Shown here: piece by piece, positions 27,809 through 32,000 of the stretch
Layout: every line of letters begins with the position of its first letter
Numbering within the stretch: the first letter of the stretch is position 1
Assembly: GCA_964648855.1 (NCBI GenBank)
Contig: CAZYLT010000003.1
Span: forward strand, 180,001-212,000
Direction of reading: 5' to 3'
Length of the DNA stretch: 32,000 nt
DNA from: an uncultured archaeon
Lineage (GTDB): Archaea; Asgardarchaeota; Thorarchaeia; Thorarchaeales; Thorarchaeaceae
Program-made: the position numbers and the translations under genes
The notes under the pieces: model-generated
Told to the model about the DNA's origin: nothing
The model's database searches: none
Seen by the model: only the letters and a program-made list of their open reading frames with translations

Positions 27809-28396
27809 ATGATGAGAGGTTCCTGGTTCAGCAAGAAGGCATTTTTCTATTTTGGAGGCGCTTTCATTTTGCTTCTTGGTGGAGCCATTGTGATTTTGGC
27901 TCCTTATCATTATACGAGTTTCATTTCGAATGAAGGAGACTCCGATTCTTTTGACATTTGGGAAGGTAGTGGCTATTATCCGCAGCTTGAGATAACAACC
28001 ACGGTGCGGCCTGATACCAATGGCAGTGTCATCGTTGATATCAGCATCAAAAATAACGATACTCAATCAATCCAATTCGTGAATATTACAATGACGATGT
28101 CCCATAGAATGCCAAACGTAGAGCCTTTGACATATGAGAATAGAGAGATTTTGGACTTGCAGACCGCTCCATATACCATTCGAGTAGAGCGCATTGAGGG
28201 GGCTTCTAGAGTTGAATTGTCACTAAAACAAATTAGTGATTCACGACTTTACATTGTCAGTGGAGGGATTCTGAATATTATTGGGCTTCTCATGGGTGCT
28301 GCTGGATATTGCATCGGGGGATCCCTAATTCCAAGTGGTGACGATGTCATTGTTGATTGGGGCTATGAAACCGAGGATGACTCTGAGTACGAATAA
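27809..28396 (+). CDS. Hypothetical membrane protein (N- and C-terminal TM flanking an extracellular beta-rich domain)
   Basis: Two TM helices, NxS/T sequons between them, and an acidic tail. Confidence 0.8.
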   Translation: MMRGSWFSKKAFFYFGGAFILLLGGAIVILAPYHYTSFISNEGDSDSFDIWEGSGYYPQLEITTTVRPDTNGSVIVDISIKNNDTQSIQFVNITMTMSHRMPNVEPLTYENREILDLQTAPYTIRVERIEGASRVELSLKQISDSRLYIVSGGILNIIGLLMGAAGYCIGGSLIPSGDDVIVDWGYETEDDSEYE

Positions 28397-28475
28397 TACT
28401 GTCATCATGAGTGAATGTTACAGCCGTTGTACACATCCCTATCAATGATTATCCTCTTCTTCATTCCGACAAGCA

Positions 28476-28709
28476 ATGACGACTGACGAGATGAAATGGC
28501 TACTGAAAAACAAAATTGTAACTGACTTCAGAGGCTATCCAATCGGGCGTGTGAAGAAGCTTTGGATTGACAGCAGCAACGGACCCATGGTAATAGTGGA
28601 ACGTGATAAACGTCCAAACGCATCGTCTAGTTGGGAAGCTATACCTCTGAGAGCAATTGACCGGATTAGAAGTGAAATCAGGCTAAAGCCGCCTGCCTTT
28701 GCTGAATGA
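28476..28709 (+). CDS. Stand-alone PRC-barrel domain protein
   Basis: 'LLKNKIVTDFRGYPIGRVKKLWID...IPLRAIDRIRSEIRLK' fits the PRC-barrel pattern. Confidence 0.75.
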   Translation: MTTDEMKWLLKNKIVTDFRGYPIGRVKKLWIDSSNGPMVIVERDKRPNASSSWEAIPLRAIDRIRSEIRLKPPAFAE

Positions 28710-28851
28710 ATAAGTTGCAAATGAATACCGGATTGCTTCGTCAAATTGTCACGCTTCAGATAAGGCCTGGCAGAAAAGAGGAATGAAGAAGATGCACATG
28801 GAACGATATAGCGAAACCAAAACTAGCGGCACTTACAGGTCTGATATTAGT

Positions 28852-29130
28852 ATGGGAATGTCCGCAGATGTAACGGTTTATACTAGTAATCAATGCTTAT
28901 TCTGCGAGCAGGCTTTGCATGCAGCTAGGCAAGCAGCTAAGAGAACCTCCATAGATGGTCTGCGTCTTCATGTCATTGAAGTGAATATTGATGAGAGTCC
29001 TGATATCCTAGAAGAAAAAAGAATCATGGCTCTTCCAACCACTATCATTGGCGAAACCAGAATTATCGGTATTCCTAGAGAAGACGAGCTTGAACAACAT
29101 ATTCACAAAGCAATAATGGATCTGGGCTGA
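28852..29130 (+). CDS. Thioredoxin/glutaredoxin-like protein (CLFC)
   Basis: VTVYTSNQCLFC, EVNIDESPD and IMALPTTIIG...IIGIP with the cis-Pro loop. The start could be 28783, 28852 or 28858. Confidence 0.85.
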   Translation: MGMSADVTVYTSNQCLFCEQALHAARQAAKRTSIDGLRLHVIEVNIDESPDILEEKRIMALPTTIIGETRIIGIPREDELEQHIHKAIMDLG

Positions 29131-29141
29131 GGTATAGGTAT

Positions 29142-29894
29142 TTACGAGAATCTTAAACCTAGGATTACCCATGCATTCTCTTTCGTCATAATCCTGTTTT
29201 GCTCGTAATTTAGGTCAATCATATTCAGAGCCGCTTGCATGTCAGGGTATTCTGTATGATGACCGGACCCAAGAACCAATTTATTGACTCCCATATCCTG
29301 AATCAATGCATCCAAGAAGACTCTCAGAGGTGATTCCACTAGTTTCACTAGAGTAATCGAAGTTTCTAACCATATATTCGGTTTTGAAAGCATGGGGATT
29401 AGATTGGGAAATCCAAAGAGACCTCCCATCTCTAGGATAACAAATTTGGCCTCGGGGTATACGTTAGCTGAGCTTTCAATGAAACTTCTTGTTTCCGCGA
29501 GCTTGCAGGACCTGAAATATATCACCAAATCCTCTTGAATAGCTGTACGAAGAAGCGCGTGTGTAGCAGGGTCCTGGGGATAGTAGAGGTCTTCGTCCAG
29601 AACAAGTGCGAGGCATCCTCTATCGACATAGTTTCTCAGTTTTTTTCTAGCCGTTTCAATAGGTCTAGGAATTAGAGTACAAGCTGAAAATAGCCTATCT
29701 GGATAGATATCCGCAGCACCTAGATAGAGATCATTCCCCTTATTTGGGTCAATTGGAGTTAGCAGCGCCCTGTCAATCCCAAACGTATCCATTCGATTCA
29801 CCAATACGTCCGTGTGACGAGCTAAATTCGTTTCATCTACCTGATGGGTTGTCATTCGGTTCGACCCGAGGATGGTGTGAATATCGGTAGTCAT
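29142..29894 (-). CDS. Amidohydrolase_2 family TIM-barrel protein with degenerate metal site
   Basis: DIH, MDTFGIDRALL, YPDRL, YPEAKFVI.EMGG, NIWLETS, GVNKLVLGS and ENAWVILG. Confidence 0.8.
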   Translation of the reverse strand: MTTDIHTILGSNRMTTHQVDETNLARHTDVLVNRMDTFGIDRALLTPIDPNKGNDLYLGAADIYPDRLFSACTLIPRPIETARKKLRNYVDRGCLALVLDEDLYYPQDPATHALLRTAIQEDLVIYFRSCKLAETRSFIESSANVYPEAKFVILEMGGLFGFPNLIPMLSKPNIWLETSITLVKLVESPLRVFLDALIQDMGVNKLVLGSGHHTEYPDMQAALNMIDLNYEQNRIMTKENAWVILGLRFS

Positions 29895-30076
29895 TGAAAG
29901 ACACTATCCACTATCATGCAGTTCTTGCTTTTCTTTCTTTGCTGTTTCTTGTTGTTGGCAGTATCTCTAAAAGTAAACCAGCGCAGATTATAGTGATTGC
30001 CTTGAATGATCCGAGAAAGAAGCATTTGGCTCGACTCCTGAAAACTCTGGCAAATGGAATAAACAGTAACGAGTAT

Positions 30077-30622
30077 ATGCTCATGGAGTATCTTGGCCCT
30101 ATCGTTGATGGAACCCGAGCAGCACTAAATGTCAGTTTGGAAAAGGCAAGGCATCTCAATAAACTAACTGAGGAAGATTTCGACAACTACATGCAAAGCA
30201 CAGAGCAGTCCTACGTTGACATCACAATATGCTTCATCACTAATGATGGAGAAGAGGTTTCACTCGTTTTCTACTCGAGTGAGGCAGATGTCTTCGATGA
30301 ATGCATAGAGCCAGATGTAACTATTTCCGGCAAAAGGGCAGTTCTGGAAGACTTGCTTGATGCTGATTCAAAGAGGAAGCCTGCTGAAGCTTTGGGTGAA
30401 GAAATCGACATTCACGGAAAGGACTCACAGGATATCATCCAAGGTCTTGGGCTTCTCTGTTACCCATCATTATTGAGAATCGCAAGATCGGGTGTTGACC
30501 CTTCGTCTCTTCTTTCAGAGGATGCAGACAAAATAGTTATGGCTGCTGCCTCAGAACTCGTAACAAGCACGGTTAGAAAATGGATAGATTTTCGATTGGA
30601 AAATGACTCTGCATCTACCTAG
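30077..30622 (+). CDS. Hypothetical protein with SCP2 (sterol carrier protein 2)-like domain
   Basis: 'ITICFITNDGEEVSLVF...EPDVTISGKRAVLEDLLD...ALGEEIDIHG' resembles the SCP2 fold. Start trimmed to ATG 30077. The domain call is tentative. Confidence 0.6.
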   Translation: MLMEYLGPIVDGTRAALNVSLEKARHLNKLTEEDFDNYMQSTEQSYVDITICFITNDGEEVSLVFYSSEADVFDECIEPDVTISGKRAVLEDLLDADSKRKPAEALGEEIDIHGKDSQDIIQGLGLLCYPSLLRIARSGVDPSSLLSEDADKIVMAAASELVTSTVRKWIDFRLENDSAST

Positions 30623-31767
30623 GCCAAACCATGGTAGGGAAAGATTAGTTCCTTCACCTTTCGGATTGAACGCTCCATATCCAGTGCTACATCATCACGT
30701 GAAAAATACTGCTGAACAACTTCCGATTCATCACGCATTCCCTCGGGAAATTTTGTATATCCAGCTTTCCTACAGAGCGTTTTGAATTCGTCGGGCAATT
30801 CTTGAGGGACATCTTCATCAAGCATTACTGCCAAGAATAGGGACCATAGGCGGGCAACATTTACGGGATCATAACCTCCTCCTCCCACAGCCAACCATCC
30901 CAAACTGCATATGTCTGCAGACATATCCCTTAGCTTCGATATTACTCTCTCATATCCATGGCTGGAATATGAAAGATGGGCCAAGGGATCTAAGAAATGG
31001 CCATCTACACCTAGTTGTGTCACTAGCAGATCAGGCGAGAATGACTCGAACAGTGGAACTATGACTTCATTCAGAACATCAATCATTTCAGCACTGGATG
31101 CACCGGGGATTACTGGGATGTTCACCGAGTAGCCAATCGCCTGTCCGCCACCCTTCTCAAACACATGACCTGTGCCAGGGAAAAGCGTTTTGCCGGATTG
31201 GTGCATGGAAATTGTGAGAACGTCTTTTGACCTGTAGAAGGCATTCTGTACACCATCTCCATGATGTGCATCAATATCAACATAGAGAACCTTGCTTTTC
31301 TTCTTCTTTTGGAGCATCTTTATGGCAATTGCGACATCATTAAAGACACAGAATCCCGAGGCTTCTGTTCTTTGTGCGTGATGAAGCCCCCCAGATATGA
31401 CAAATGCATTCGAGGCCCCATCAAGAATCTTTCTCAGTCCATCCAAAGTTGCCCCCACATACCTTGCTGATGCCTCATAGATTTTCGGAAAAATCGGATT
31501 ATCCGACGTTCCTAGCCCATGTCGAATGTCAGTACACATATTCTGTTCGCATGCCAGCACTGCGTCGATATAATCTGAACGATGGAATAGCTCAAGTTCA
31601 TCTCGGGTTGCTATAGATGGTTCGCTTACATCAACATGATCAATTAGACCAAGTATCTTTGAGAGCTCATATGTGAATTTGAGCCTCTCTGGCTTTAGGG
31701 GGTGAGATTCCTTGAACTCATACTGAAGTAAAGAGTCACTGTAGGGATAGACCAATTTTGAGCTCAT
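30619..31767 (-). CDS. acuC: Acetoin utilization protein AcuC / class I histone deacetylase family
   Basis: HPLKPERL, GGLHHA, ASGFCVFND, YVDIDAHHGDGVQ, FPGTG, QLGVDGH..DPL and GGGGY. Probable start is ATG 31767. Confidence 0.93.
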   Translation of the reverse strand: MSSKLVYPYSDSLLQYEFKESHPLKPERLKFTYELSKILGLIDHVDVSEPSIATRDELELFHRSDYIDAVLACEQNMCTDIRHGLGTSDNPIFPKIYEASARYVGATLDGLRKILDGASNAFVISGGLHHAQRTEASGFCVFNDVAIAIKMLQKKKKSKVLYVDIDAHHGDGVQNAFYRSKDVLTISMHQSGKTLFPGTGHVFEKGGGQAIGYSVNIPVIPGASSAEMIDVLNEVIVPLFESFSPDLLVTQLGVDGHFLDPLAHLSYSSHGYERVISKLRDMSADICSLGWLAVGGGGYDPVNVARLWSLFLAVMLDEDVPQELPDEFKTLCRKAGYTKFPEGMRDESEVVQQYFSRDDVALDMERSIRKVKELIFPYHGLA

Positions 31768-31848
31768 GATGGTGAGTTTCCTGTTATATGGAGCTATTTG
31801 TATTCTCTGGAAAAGCACAATGAGAACGCGCATATTCGTGTAAGCTAC

Positions 31849-32000
31849 TCAATACCACTCTATTGTTCCAGGTGGCTTTGAGGTCACATCATATACAACT
31901 CGATTTACACCCTCAACTTCGTTGGCGATTCTTGATGCAATTCTGAGCAAACTATCCCAACTCGGTCTTGACACAGATGCTGTCATAGCATCTTGGCTTT
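31849..32000 (-). CDS. guaA: GMP synthase C-terminus (partial)
   Basis: My translation: [49 protein letters not shown], the GuaA C-terminal signature. Confidence 0.95.
   Translation of the reverse strand, partial: SQDAMTASVSRPSWDSLLRIASRIANEVEGVNRVVYDVTSKPPGTIEWY

Noticed and set aside
28783-29130. KaiB circadian protein
   Set aside because: There is some resemblance (IMALPT), but it has an intact CxxC and no kaiC neighbour, so an ordinary thioredoxin fold is simpler.
1-32000. CRISPR arrays, tRNA/rRNA genes, transposases, integrases, defence systems
   Set aside because: I saw no regularly spaced repeats, cloverleaf or rRNA-like segments, or matching protein motifs by eye. tRNAscan-SE and Infernal were not run.

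Overview
Gene-dense archaeal chromosomal segment, most likely from an Asgard archaeon (Thorarchaeota-like). This is inferred from protein style only: a NosD-type surface protein, Ig-repeat surface proteins with Thr linkers and C-terminal anchors, a membrane longin-domain fusion, a REC-multi-PAS kinase and a permuted peptide-binding protein. About 26 CDSs are supportable. They include a truncated beta-helix surface protein, a D-2-hydroxyacid dehydrogenase, a 7-TM/longin fusion, a split ComD/ComE-like ThDP decarboxylase, a NifB/NifX-family protein, a 1165-aa surface glycoprotein and a REC-7xPAS histidine kinase. Further along are a GbsR/MarR regulator, two GNATs, an AF0577-type radical SAM/SPASM enzyme, a membrane-anchored papain-fold (C39/BtrH-like) protein and a circularly permuted family-5 solute-binding protein. 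The last part holds a YyaL/SSP411 protein, an MBL hydrolase, PRC-barrel and thioredoxin-like proteins, a degenerate amidohydrolase, an SCP2-like protein, an AcuC/HDAC deacetylase and the 3' end of guaA. I saw no rRNA, tRNA, CRISPR array or mobile element. The best leads are the 7-TM-longin receptor-like fusion, the rSAM/C39-like/peptide-binding cluster, an unannotated 48-aa tail-anchored CxxC protein, a GNAT lacking a canonical start, and a ~90-nt intergenic hairpin. All family assignments come from motif recognition by eye, not from database searches.
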